Positions 42,824 through 59,872 of a stretch of 64,000 nucleotides of DNA are shown here, piece by piece. A model generated the notes under the pieces. That model made no database searches. It was not told the DNA's origin and saw nothing but the letters and a program-made list of their open reading frames with translations. Position numbers and translations under genes: made by a program. The DNA is from Eledone cirrhosa (lineage: Eukaryota), in NCBI GenBank assembly GCA_964016885.1, contig OZ024743.1:109740001-109804000 (forward strand). The letters are read 5' to 3'. Within the stretch, counting starts at the first letter, position 1. Every line of letters begins with the position of its first letter.

Positions 42824-43538
42824 CATACATATGTGTGTATGATGCATGCATATGTCTGTGCGTGAGTAGACAATATATTTATGTTAAAATCTAGCCTACG
42901 ATGTGGAGTGAAAGTAATATGCGTAAATAACGTGCCGGCATTTTAAACCTTTAAAATGTAACATTTTATCTAATTTTCATTTACTTGCCATAATTCATAT
43001 ATGGGTATCGACACACCGATCCCGCATTTAATGACGTTAATTTCAATTGATCTTCCCACATCAAAGTCAATCCCTAATTAATTCATTTGCTCTCTACACC
43101 AAATATTTGATCGTATTGCTGCGCATTAATTTTGTGCTAAATTATATACCATAAATTATCACATGTATCATATATATCGAAATATGACCTCAACGTCATC
43201 TGCGCGCACACATATAATGATATTAACGTGTATGTAGGTGTATGAATACACGCACATATTTATTCCCATCTATACATGCATATAATATATATATATATAT
43301 TTGCGTTTTCATATATTGCTTTACTGAGATAATTCTTTATTGATAATCCAATTTTCGCGATTTCCCTCTGATCACGAAACTTATATAAAATAATAAATTC
43401 AAGATTTTCTCTACTTTGATATAAGCGTGATTGTGAACCCATATAACTTTGATATGTGAACTTTGATATAAGCATGATTGTGAACCATACTTATGTTTCT
43501 GGGTTTAACCCTTCATCAGTTGGCAGGTGAACGGTAAG

Positions 43539-43582
43539 CTGTATTGATGAAGAGTTATACCCAGAAACATTAGAGTCTACAG
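43539..43582 (+). ncRNA. Type I HHR with GUC site and long stem I (C3U in this copy)
   Basis: CTGTA-TTGATGA-aGAGT tat ACCCa-GAAA-CATTAGAG-TC^TACAG; outer pairing GTGAAC/GTTCAC and TGGCA/TGCCA; inverted core at 43491-43519 keeps CTGATGA. Confidence 0.72.
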
Positions 43583-43752
43583 TTCTGTTCACATGCCAAC
43601 ACAAGAGCGAGCATGAAGGGTTCATTCTACAGAAATGGCTATAAAATTGAGGCTTGTTTGCATAATTGCAAACGAATCGAATGCTATTATTAATATTCGA
43701 AAAACTCAGATTACATTTATTGTATTTAGCCATGTAGAGCGAACATTTTCTT

Positions 43753-43811
<59 letters not shown>

Positions 43812-45393
43812 GGTAAGCATATGTATATATTGAATTGAATTAGTAAACTTGCCATTCTTGGGGCACATATGCTCTATCACTAATTCAATTTCATTTCAAA
43901 TTCTACCGCGACTTCAAACCTTGTGATGCTACGCGCACGCACGCAAGCACGCACACACAAACACACACAAATTAATATATATCTATATATATATTTCTCC
44001 TACTGCTTCTCCTCGTGATGCTGCATGCTTGACCGCTGCAAGACACATAAGTATTATGTACGCAGAGCTTTAGTTTGTTCTTTAGCCTTATATATATATG
44101 TCAATAAAGCCATCACCGCTGAAGTGACTTTTTTTAATATGACACTTCATGTATTTTTGTAATATGCAAGTGATTTTCAGTCAACGTAAAGTGCATTAAA
44201 GGAATTTTAACATCAGGTAGTTTTATAGGTTGAACTCGAAGTAAATTATGTTGGATTTAAGAAAATACAAACGGATATATTTCGCTTTCGTGTTTGACAC
44301 TCGATCCATATGATAATCAGTGAACGTTTAACTCCTTGCAAAATCATGATACATCCTTCTATTTGAAAAATAAAAAAAAGTTTTAAAATATTAGACAGCA
44401 ATAACTACTTCGTAATAGATATTCTTCTTCTCTCTTTTTTAGAGAGTACTAAGATACATTTTGATTCGAAAGTATCTTACAGCTGAATAAACATACGATA
44501 TTTAATATTTAATTTTAGATTTCTTTCGGTGCTTTGAATACATCCATTATATCGCAATCAAAGTTTACTGGATTAAAAAAAAATATAAATTCCTTTATAA
44601 ATAATAAATAAAATAATCATTAAAAATAATTTCGAATCATTTTAAATTACGTATGAAAACTAGAAGAATTTTAAAAAATTGAAATGTTGTGGGTACAGAA
44701 TAATTTATAGTTGGATATCGTGTTATCTTAGAATACTTTAAAACAGAATTTAATAAATATTTAAACAACTCGCTTGACAGTTACACAATAAATTTAACTG
44801 GAGATTTAATCAGCTAAATGTGTTGCACATTGCATTCAAATAAATTCACTTAGACTATTAACAATTCATTAATATAATTTAAAAATATATTTCTATTTAT
44901 TTTTATCTAAATTTAATTTTATTTCAATTGAGTTTCCAAATCGCTGCTAAATTTTAAATTTAAAAAAAAAATGTTACAGGAAATAGCGTATTTTGGATTT
45001 CAGATATTTATCGCAAAGTAATTATGCTTATTGACTTAGTGCTATAGTAAATAGTAACTACACTACATCAACTAAATTGAAACTGGAACATTCAAATGAA
45101 CATAGTCATCATGCATATGTATCTGTTCTGTTACAATTACTACGGATAACTGTATCTGAAGGAATACACATATGCGTACATACTCATTCATACATACATA
45201 TAAACATACACACATACATATATATAGACATACATGCAAACATAATACATACATACATGAATACATAGAGTACATACATTCATACATATATGTATATATA
45301 TATATATAGAGAGAGAGATACATAGATACATACATTCACAACATACATGCATGCATATATAAATCCATTATGTGTTTTAAATAGGTGTTTTAA

Positions 45394-45580
45394 AGGGCGG
45401 TGGATTGGCAGTATCGGTAGAGGGTCGGACGCCATGCTTTCCAGCATAGTTATGTCCCTTTACTATCTGAGTTCAAATCCCGCCGAGGTTGACTTTGCCT
45501 TTCATCCTTACGGGGTCGATCAAATAAAGTACCAGTAATGCACTGGGTAATTTGCTGGCCTTGTGCCTAAAGTAGAAACA
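45394..45580 (+). mobile_element. tRNA-derived SINE with 17-bp TSD
   Basis: TSD ATTATGTGTTTTAAATA at 45367-45383 and 45581-45597; A and B boxes. Confidence 0.92.
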
Positions 45581-45727
45581 ATTATGTGTTTTAAATACAA
45601 CCAGTAATGTGTATGCAAATAATCACGCACATACACGCATTCCTCCAAGTGGGTGTGCATGCATGTTAGTATCAATACATGTAAGTATATATGTGTTATC
45701 AGGCACTCTCTCTATCATCCCACACAC

Positions 45728-45795
<68 letters not shown>

Positions 45796-47044
45796 TTAAT
45801 TATATGAAATTGCTAATTATACATTCCTGATTTACGATACCTAACCGAAAAATCAAATGAAGTAGGATATGTTAATTTGATTATGTAATGTACCTTTTTG
45901 AATTTCAATAATCAAAATTGAATATAATTATTTACTCATTAATTTTAATAATATCATTTTCGGTAAAATTTATTTTAGTGTTTATTTATTTGTCTTTTCT
46001 CTACATTTGATACACTTTGTTTCTTTTTTCCTCCAATATTAGATATATGATTGTGGTATTTTTTAAAATTATTTTTAATTATAAAAATTGATTTGCATCC
46101 GTGTCATGTGTATTTGTTAAGTTTTAATGGATTGACACATCTGTTCTTGTTATAACATTTGAAAGAGAGACTTAAATATGCATTTATAGCCATTATACCG
46201 TAAATCACGTAAAATTAAAAATATTTTTTTAATCAAACATAATTCTGCTTTCAGATCATAGGAAAACGTTTCGTATTTGTAAAAGTTTAAAACAGGTTTG
46301 ACACGTTGTTAATGTTAACTAATTACTGTTTGATATGAAGATTCCTCAAAATTGTTTTATTTTCAATCTAGTTCTAACACACATTCAATATCTCGTAATC
46401 TTTCACACACTTTGCTTCTCTTTTTTTCCATATTTTTCTCTGTCAATGATGACAAATTTTTATGTGACAAATGGCGAACTATTAAATAGTTGAAAATCCA
46501 TCATTCATCTTCTTTGCTTCTTAGTTAAACAACCTCGCTGTCGAACATGGTTAACTGAAATATCGATAATTATTTAGTGCGTTCAATATTTATATAATAT
46601 AAATCCAAATATGTCCGATGTACACAAGGAAGACGAAATATTCGTATATTTGAATACACATCTCTCTCCATGTTGAATGTGATACTTTAGTTAATTAAAC
46701 AAAATAATGTACGGAAACATAGGAATATTGATTCCAATAGTATGGAATAACTCCGGTCTATGCATACAAAAAATCCTTGAAGATCCTGTATGTTTCTTCA
46801 TTAAGGACATAATATACTACGATGTATTCCACTTGAGGTAATTTTGATAGAGCAATATAGGTGAAAGTGTACAATTATCTATCATTAATATGGTGGTGAT
46901 TCCGAGAGGGCTCTGTTTGGAAGAACATTTAATGAAGAGAATAATTAAAGTAAATGTAGAATTATATGTGGAAAGGTAAGTGACTTTTATGAAAGAGATT
47001 TGATAGGTTATCTTCCATCACAGAATATATAGCATCATGATATA

Positions 47045-47089
<45 letters not shown>

Positions 47090-47121
47090 TTGATGATGAT
47101 GATGATGATGATTATGATGAT
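47045..47121. repeat. (ATG)n microsatellite
   Basis: Visible trinucleotide run. Confidence 0.95.
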
Positions 47122-47309
47122 GGTCATGAGACGACAGAGATGTGATCGCTCTTATTTACACTGCAGCTTTGATGTGGACAAGTCAAAGAAAGCGATTGAA
47201 ATTAAATACGTATCTGAGTTAATGAAGTGATTAAACGACACACACACATACATACACATCCACACGCAAACACTTTCATACATACATAAATACATGCATC
47301 CATACATCT

Positions 47310-47875
<566 letters not shown>

Positions 47876-48959
47876 AACAGGTATCCACAGTAAGTTGTGG
47901 AGGTCTATTCTGCATGAAGAACTCGATGTAATCCATATGTTGAAAATGTTGTAGGTTAAGATAAATCCCGGAAAACAATAATACATTAAAAGGAAAACAG
48001 AGTCATGATATAAGTTAAAACAATGAAATCAAAAATCAAGTCATTAGAGATATACTTCACTGCTTTACGATCGTTTCTCCATGATGATAATACATTGTAG
48101 ATATACTCCGCTATTGAGTTATGTAAGGTTAGTTACAGAATATCAGATAAAGAGAATATTTACTTACATGCATATCACCAGCTGTTTTCAAAAGCAATAA
48201 TAATTGTAATCATAATTAGTAGTATGTTTGTATCAGGTCCTTATTTGGAGGTAGTTGAAGAACTAACCAATCAAATTGTTTTCTTCATATGGTGTTAAGA
48301 TGAAAAGTCATACACTTTAGTTGAGGTCAGGACCCTTTGAAAGGAATGGTTGAATGGTGTTAATAGTAGAATTGGCATAAACATATATTAGGAGGAAAGG
48401 AATTGTCAAACTGATAGTTGAATGTATCTGGTATAGTGAAGTTTAAAAGGAATGTAAAAATAAATGATGATTCGTGTTGTATTGAGTTTTTAGGTGAATA
48501 TAAAGTAAGATTATGACTAGGAAAGATAGTAAATTAAATGATGAAAATTATAATAAGATAATGAAATACAGTAATGTGATAATATACAACATAACCAACA
48601 CTATATAGTACGGTGTGGTAAATTGCACTTAGTATAATACAGCATATGTTACGCTCTAAAATACTATCAAGTATGTTTATGTATAAATAATCAAACTCAG
48701 ATAAATACATGTTGGCATAGTTAAAACACATACATTTCCTAGATTACAAAGTGCATATATCCACACTATATATAGAGAGAGGTACAGTTATATTGTATCC
48801 AAACAAAAATATACATACGCACAAATAGATGCAAACCTAAATACACATTTACACATGTGCACAAAATCATATATACACATATTCATACATATCTATATCT
48901 TCACATACACACCTATACCCACATATATACATATATATACATACACACACACACAAATT

Positions 48960-49230
48960 TATATAAATCGTCCTTAGATTTAGTAATTTCCTAGATCTCC
49001 CCTGTACATAATCTACATCCCCTCCTGTTCCCAAGATATGGAGTTCTTTGTAGAATGGTGTTCCACGATAACTTGAAATCTATTTTTTTCTTTTTATATT
49101 TATTTACTGCTTCAGCTAAAGATGTGGTATTAGCTAGTTTAGTTTTGTTGAAACTACAAGAGTGTGCGTAACATCTTTTCTTAAATGTGTTTGATGTAGA
49201 TCCTATATATGTTTTGTTGGAGTCTGATCA
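48960..49230 (-). pseudogene. PLE GIY-YIG C-terminal remnant
   Basis: Minus translation KTYIGSTSNTFKKRCYAHSCSF..TTSLAE and GCRLCTGE. Confidence 0.7.
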
Positions 49231-49590
49231 TAGTTTGTAATCACCGTATACGAAGAACATTTAAATACTATAAACTAATTAAATATTCTAAATAGCAACT
49301 CACTATAATTCTATATAGAGTAACATTTATTAGTACCCCTTTCCCTTAATTATATGCATTCATGCTTATTTTTTACCTTTTAATGTTTTAGCTTCCTTAG
49401 GTTTATGCGTTAATGACTAAAGGCAACAAGGTACACAACCACCCGTAATTGCATGAGTAAATATATATCTATGTATGATATGGAAATATATTTATATGTG
49501 TGTATATATATATATGTGTGTTTGTATGTGTGTATATGTGAGTATATGTGTATGAGTGTTTATATATGAGTGTGTGTACATACACATATA

Positions 49591-52040
<2,450 letters not shown>

Positions 52041-52710
52041 GTGGGTACAGGTGTGTATGTGTAGATATAGATATGTATGGATATGTGTAAATATGATTAT
52101 GTGCACATGTGTAAATGTGTATTTAGTTTTGCATCCATTTGTGCGTATGTATATTTATGGTTGGATATCAATATAATTGTACCTCTCTCTATATATAGTG
52201 TGGATATATGCACTTTGTAATCTATGAAATGTATATGTTTTAACTATGCCAACATGTATTTATCTTAGTTTGATTATTTATACATAAACATACTTGATAG
52301 TATTTTAGAGCGTATCATATGCTGTATTATACACCGTACTATATTGTGTTGGTTATGTTGTATAATATCGCATTACTGCATTTAATTATCTTATTATAAT
52401 TTGCATCTTTTAATATACTATCTTTCCTAGGCATAACCTTAATCTATATTCAGCTTAAAACTCAATACAACACGAATCACCATTTACTTTTACATTCCTT
52501 TTAAACTTCACTATACCAGATACATTCAACTATCAGTTTTTGACAATCCCTTTCCTCCTAATTGATTGTTATGCCAATTCTACTATTAACACCATTCAAC
52601 TATTCCTTTCAAAGGTCATGACCTCCACTAATGTGTATTACTTTTCATCTTAACACCATATGAAAAAAACAATTTGATTGGTTAGTTCTTCAACTACCTC
52701 CAAATAAGGA

Positions 52711-54760
52711 CATGAGAAAATATGTCTATACGTAAATGTGGCAGATAGATGTTATCTTCTGTTAGAACTGGTCTTTGTGTGTGTATGTGTTTGTGAGAGA
52801 GAATAAGTGGAGGTGTAAGCGTGTGTGTGTGTGTGTTGTGTGCGTGCGTGTGTGCGTGTCTGTGTGTGGGTGTGTGTAAATATGGGGCTAGAAGCTATAT
52901 GAAGCTATAAATTGGGTGTTGAGGTCTATTATTGATTGGTGGTTGTGTTATGTCTATAATTAGTGTTTCCTTAATTCTAAGATTGCCGAGATTTCTTTCC
53001 TTAGTTTCTATCCTAACTGTTATGGCTTTGTCGGTGTTTTTTCATTTAACTAGGTGTTTCTTAAATGAGCAAGCGATAGTATTGAGGTGTACTTTTATTC
53101 TTATGTGGAGTGGTCTGGTGGTGCTACCTACGTAGAAGTTGCTGCATTTGTCACACTCTGGTCTGTATACGAGGTAAGCCTGGTGACATACGTCTGTGTT
53201 GTTGATTTGGCAGTTGGCTAACCTGCAGCAGTTGTCATGTCTGGTGGAGTGTCTTTTGGTTAGCTGTCCACGTAGAGAAGGGCCTGAGTGGGCCAGTTGG
53301 ATATCTAGTCCCTCTCGTCTGATAGCCCTGCATATGGCTGTTGTTGTTTCGTCACTGAAGTGTCGGAGCTTCAGGAAGCAAGTGTTAGTGCCTCGGGTGT
53401 GGTGTCCTCCGTTCTTTCTGGCACGGTTTGTGGTGGATGTCGTGTATCCGTTCAGTTTGAGTACTTCCAGGAAATGTGTGGTGTATGTGTCTCGGTCTCT
53501 AGCGTCAATGCATTTGTTCCGGATACGTGTTATTCGTTCCTTCTGTATCCGAACTTAGCGCCGGCTGGGAGGGCCGATCTGAAATGTACGAACAGGTCCC
53601 TGCTGGCGGCTTTTTTATAGAAGCAGGTGTGGATGTTGCCTTCCTCTGTTACCCTGAGTTGGAAGTCCAGTAGGGATAGGGATCCGCGGTCATCGAGGTG
53701 TTCAAGCTGAACTTTATACTGGCATCCATGCTTGAGAATATATTTTATCTGCCTCCTCACGGGATGATGTAAGGATGAGTATGTCTTCTACATATTGGGT
53801 GAAGAAGGTATGGGAATGACAGGTGTTGAAGGCCCGGCATTCTAGCTGGTTCATATAGGTGATGGCCAGTAGGCCCGATAGGTTGAATCCCATGGGTAAT
53901 CCTGTTGTCTGTCTGTATGTGTGGTGGTGGAAGGTGAAGTACGTGTTGTCTACTGTGAAGGACAAAAGCTGGTGTATGTCCGTCGGATGGAGGCCGTAGC
54001 AGTGGATCTCCTCTGCGACCACGCAGTCCGTCAATAAATCGACAGCTGGATGAGCGGGCACTGTAGTGTAGAGGGAGACAACGTCGAGGCTAAAGGCGTA
54101 TCTATTTAGTTTAAGTTGTTCTGGCTGGAGTTGGTGTAGTCTACGTATAACTTCGTCGGAGCTACTGACATGCCAGGGAAAGGTGGAGAGTAGAGGCTTG
54201 AGGACCTGGGAGAGGAGCCAAGAAATTTTGTATAGGGGTCCTTGATAGAGCTTTTAGCCCCGTATTTACACCCCGCCCCCACACACACACGCACACAAAC
54301 ACCCCCCCCACACACACGCTTACACCTCCACTTATTTTCTCTCATACACACACATACACACACAAAGACCAGTTCTAACATGAGATAACATCTATCCCCC
54401 ACATTTACGTATAGACATATCTTCTCACACTCACACCCACACACTCACATACCTACACCTTCATGCATTCTCCCACACACTTAAACAGGCATGTACAAAA
54501 CAAACCCTTTTAAAGTGAGACTACTCTTTATCCACCTAACCTTAACACTTTGACATTAGAGATAGAACAGATACTCTATACCATTTCCTGTCAGCATGAC
54601 TTTTCAAGCTATTTAGAACACTGGTTTAACCGCTTCTACTTCCTTCCGAAGAAGAGATATTATCTCGAAAATAAGGACATTTAAATAAATCTAAGGTAAA
54701 AGACTAATTGTCAACAATATCTTTTGCATTTGGATTCTTTATTGTATGTCCATATCTGCA
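52711..54760 (-). mobile_element. 5'-truncated PLE of a third family, with an inverted copy of its 3' region
   Basis: SLDVVSLYT, YRQTTGLPMG, YVED, LDF, FYVGSTTRPLHIRI; 52713-52925 is inverted against 54235-54426. Confidence 0.88.
54641..54677 (+). ncRNA. Degenerate minimal HHR in the inverted PLE 3' region
   Basis: TCCTT-CCGAAGA-aGAGAT att ATCTC-GAAA-AT-AAGGA; U4C and stem III shortened. Confidence 0.45.
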
Positions 54761-54798
54761 TTGTTTTGGCTTTATTATACATATACAAACGTTTAAAC

Positions 54799-54909
<111 letters not shown>

Positions 54910-55340
54910 TCTGTATATATATATATAACCTGTTAAACGTTGATACTACATGCTTTTACATAGGCAGACATGGTATATTTAGACAATAAATCGTAGGAAT
55001 AGAGCTATATGCCAATTTTATATTGGCAAGAGAAAACAGGCAGAGATTACGGATGGCGACATTTCCAGATTCAATGTTTGATTTAAAGTTTGCGGAAACT
55101 TATATATGCGGTAAACCACGTTAGAACGTCGGATAGAAAGTGTTCCGGCCCTCTGCGCTATTCGCACACTCCGTGCTGAAACCAAGTCTGCCTTTCACCA
55201 ATTTGTTCTTAATTAAATAGTATCTGTTCCGTACAGAGGTCTATTCCTCCTCTCTAACCATATAGACAATCATCCCACAGCTCCTCTATTGTTTTTATCT
55301 GCTTGTCTGGAAAGAAATCCGCTGTGCTTAGACCTGCAGA

Positions 55341-55386
<46 letters not shown>

Positions 55387-55741
55387 TTAGAGAGAGAGAG
55401 AAAGAGACTGAGATAGGGAGTGAGAGAGAGACATGTGTTTTACTCAATATCGCTCTACACCCCACCGTCTCTGTCCCTCTCTGTAATAAGCAGATACAAA
55501 TGGTCTGTTCATTGACATGATATAACGATGAAGCTATAGTAGGAATAGATATTGGAAACGGTGTATGCCATCCGAGACATGATGAATTTAATAAGGCCCA
55601 ATGTTACATTGATATCTTCATGTTTTCATGAACGTGAAACTATCATAGTGTTGTGAGCTATAGAAAACTAGATGTGGTTCAATGAAAGCCTGATGCGTGA
55701 GAATGAGTGAGACCGAGAGAGAAAGAGATAGAGATAGAGAA

Positions 55742-55776
<35 letters not shown>

Positions 55777-57859
55777 CGGGACAGAGAGTTGGAGAGGGAG
55801 ATAAAGAGATAGGTAGTCGAATTAATGTAGTTAATGGTCGTATACAGACATTTCAATACGCCGATAGTTAGAAAGATTAATGAGGTTAAATTGACTACAG
55901 TTTCCGCAATGTATGACTTATGTGAACACGTTCAGATGAGTCGGAAAATTATAGTGCAGAGAAAGAGAAATCGTGTGTGATCAGTGTAATTAGTAAAGCA
56001 ATCAGGTGTTGGAAACGTTCAAGGCAATATACTCGTGAGTACAGTATACATAACTATCTTTCCAAATGACCTGGATAGGAAAGAGATGATGAAATTGGTA
56101 AGAACGACACAGGTGACTAGCCTCTCATTTTGCATGCGCCTGAACGGTGAAGATTACAGCTGACAACCCAAAATATGTGCTCCGTTTAAAGTTCTTAAAG
56201 ATGCAGCCCCTGTTTTTCCACATGCAAATGACTGAATAAAATAACATGATCTAAAATATATATTTACTGATGATATGTACATTGATATAGAATTCAAAAT
56301 TTCCCTATATGTATAGAAACGTATTTCATCATCTTGCTTTCGATTGATGTTTTGGTTTCTAGTCTCGTGTTAATTTGTAGTATGTTGTGGGTTTTTATTT
56401 TCGAAGAGACCCACGCGTCGTCAGTATCAGCTACATATAGTATATTTATAAATGTTTTGCACCGATCGCTTTTGAGCACGCTAAATATTTTTTTCATTCT
56501 GTATAAACTTTACTTTATATTAATTACATTCAAGCATATGTCGTTGTCCTCAATTTTAATTGGATTGGCTAGTGTATTTATATTTGGAATCTCATTCTAA
56601 CTTTAGTTTAGTTGTCTGCATTAGTCAGATTTTACTGCAGAATCATAATAGACACTTAAGAACTTACAAACATACTTAAATACACATTTAGTTTCTTTTC
56701 TAACAGGAACTTCTTTCGTTTCAACTATATTTTGCTATAGTTCTATAAATCAGTGACTGGAACAATTCTACAAAATCCTACGATGCAGAGAGGATGAAAC
56801 AATGATCTGGTTATGGACGTGCGATGTAATATTTTGACTCTTAAGAACAGATTGTATTATATATATATAAAAAAGTATGTTGATAGTCAATATTATAATT
56901 TTGCTGTAGTTAAATTGTTAAATGACTTCCAGAATATTCAAATTGATGGACAGTGGGTAAATGAGTACTAGAATCAAGGCGTCATTTATAAAGAATGTGC
57001 GTATTTGTCATATACAAATACATTGAACAACTACTAATATGCAGGCTTGCTTTTCAAAATATGCATTTTTATTGTAGATTAATCCTTCATGAGGCACCTG
57101 CTTCTAGCGCTTGATTTTTGCTTGCTTTAGAAAACCATCGTAATAATGATTTCTAATTTCGACACAAGGAAAGCAACATTTCAGAGCTGGGTTTGGTTGA
57201 AGAAATTGAACACGATACATTATATGTTATCGACCACTCGACAAATGAAAGGTAAAGTTGAGCTCTGATGAATTTGAATCTGTATCTAATTGCTTTCTAG
57301 TTTTACACGTTTTTTTTTTTATGTAAATACCTTAAAATAAAATTCACATAGAAAGTATGGTCTGCGATACGGATTATTCAAGTAAGCTGGAAATATGTTC
57401 TTCGGATTATGGAAAGATTGCAAACTTCTATAATGTTTAGTTGTTTGTTTACTTAACGGATTAGAAGTGTGCTTAACATTACAGATGGACACACGGCCGG
57501 TCTTTAATTTTTTCTCCGGCATAATGTAATATTATTTTGACAATATATTTTTACTGATGCATGTAGTTACTATTGTTGCTTTGAAATTCAGGACAACTAG
57601 ATTATACTGTTTTAATTTTATATGTCCCTGTATTTTCATACTTACGATTGTGATTTGTAACATTTCATTTCAACCTATGTTTATTCAATAGGAGTTTCAA
57701 CATTGTACAGAAGGGAAGTACGCAATATATGATGAGGTGGGTGAGTATATATTGAACGGTTTTCACAGGACCAATTACATCATTAAGTATTTTGACATCA
57801 TGTATGTACATTTTAACCAAACAATTGTTATATATAAGATAAACACGCGCGGAAATCGC

Positions 57860-57902
<43 letters not shown>

Positions 57903-58062
57903 AAAATGTTTAACCCTGACAGTAGAGCTCAAGCCGTTTTGATGGCTATTTCTGGACTATTTCCTATTACACACTCTACTACCCTAGGTATTGAGTACTC
58001 TGGTGCGTTATGGTCCATCTGGTTCCTTACCACACTTCCTTCGTTACATATACATATATATA

Positions 58063-58114
<52 letters not shown>

Positions 58115-58121
58115 TATATAC

Positions 58122-59570
58122 ACCACCGAGGTGCACTGAGAAAATAGGGTACCCATCAAAGTTTATTGATATGTTCTTTTGACTGCACAACAATATGAAG
58201 GCTTGGGTTGTCTTGAATTGAGAATGAGAATTGCCTATTGAAATCCCAGTTGATAATGGTGTGAAGCAGGGAGATATCTCGTCTCCCACATTGATTTCAA
58301 TACTTTTTACTGTGATGCTGATTTATGCATTCCAGGATTGTGCAAAGGATGTTCTATTGCAAGTTAGAACTACAGGAAGAATCCTTGAACAATGGAAGTT
58401 CAATTTCAAATCCAAGGTGTTCCCAATATCAATAAGAGATCTCCTGTATGCAGACGATGTTGAATTTCTAGCACACTCACAAGATGACATGAAACACAAC
58501 ATGGATTGTTTTACACCCTCTTGTAATTCGTTTGGTATGAACATTAATTTAAAAAAAAACTAAGGTAATGTTCAACTTATCTCCAGCGGAAACTTATATT
58601 AATTCAAATAAAAGGGTGCATGGAAATAGGTTGGGTGTAGATGACACTTGTGTTTACCTGAGAAGTGCATTGTCAAGGGATTTTTCAGTGGATGCAGAAA
58701 TACACCCGTGCATTCAGAAGGCTTCTGTATCCTTCGGAAAAGTTGAAAAGAGAGTGTCGGCAGAGCATGGAATCAATATCAAGACAACGATTAGTGCGTA
58801 CAAGACCTGCATTCTAAGTGCTGTGTTGCGCTCTTCGGAGACGTGGACAGTATATCGTAGACACCTTAATTTGCTTGAATACTTTAATCAAAAGTGTTTA
58901 AAACAAATCCTAAACATAAAATGACAACAGAAATACCTAACACACAATTAATTATAAATGCTGGATGCATGAGCATTGACTATACCATCAAATGCGTTGG
59001 TAAGCCATGTTGTGCGCATGAATAACGACAGACTCCCCAAACGACTATTTCACAGTTAATAGCACACTGGGAAATGCCCTCAGCACAAACCGTGAACAAT
59101 ACATAAAGATTGCATAAAGATCAAACTTAAATACCTACAATTTGAAGTTCAGAACTGGTAAGTGCTTGATTTGAAGAACAGTAAATGGAGAGGACATGTG
59201 GAGGAAGGTTACAGAATGTTTGAAGAGAGAATTCTTCATCAATACAAAACTTAAACGTCAGCTTCGAAAAGGCCACAATATGAAGCTCAATATGAACATA
59301 TGGAGTTGGATTGTTTAGGTGTCTGGTTGTCTACTGTTCTCTAAATCTGGTACAACAATCATTTAAACTCACATAAAAAGCTAAGCGTATGCAGCTCTAT
59401 CCCTTCAATGCTAGGTAAGACAACTTGTGTGGTGTGCAAAGAGATCTACAATCAATATATGGTCTTAAAAGTCACCTAAGCGGACATGAACGGACGTTTG
59501 GTGTTGATGACGGTTCATGGGAGTGCATAGGAAGTCGGCTACCATCTGCAAAGATGAAGCAATCAGCATA
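58122..59570 (+). mobile_element. 5'-truncated, decayed RTE-clade LINE
   Basis: GVKQGDISSPTL, LLYADD, YLRS, SSETWT, C-terminal GLKSHL..H. Confidence 0.9.
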
Positions 59571-59609
59571 TATATTATACATATATATATATATATATAT
59601 ATATATGAA

Positions 59610-59812
59610 TGAGTAGGACCCCGACGGCTGAGCTCAAGCCATTTCGACGGCTAATTCTGGAATAAATCATGATTTAGTCCAGAATTAGCCGTCGAAACGG
59701 CTTGAGCTCAGCCGTCGGGGTTCTACTCGTTCCTATTACCCACTATACTACCCTAAGTATTGAGTACTTTGGTGCGTTATTGTCCATCTGGTTCCTTACC
59801 ACATTTCTCTCG

Positions 59813-59815
<3 letters not shown>
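59610..59815. mobile_element. Fold-back fragment of the 8587 family with a HHR 3' half
   Basis: 59610-59661 is inverted against 59678-59729; TAGCCGTC-GAAA-CGGCT tgagctc AGCCG-TC^GGGG. Confidence 0.7.

Positions 59816-59869
<54 letters not shown>

Positions 59870-59872
<3 letters not shown>

Noticed and set aside
42201-42894. Long ORFs rich in YI/HT/CV (also near 20.8k, 26k, 35.5k, 47.5k, 63k)
   Set aside because: Translations of (TA)n/(CA)n/(GA)n microsatellites; no coding signal.
45394-45490. tRNA genes suggested by A/B boxes (also 23000, 33080, 41640-41710)
   Set aside because: No cloverleaf; followed by shared SINE bodies and a TSD, so these are SINE heads.
56395-56430. CTGACGA...CGAAA on the minus strand
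   Set aside because: Stem II and stem I do not pair.
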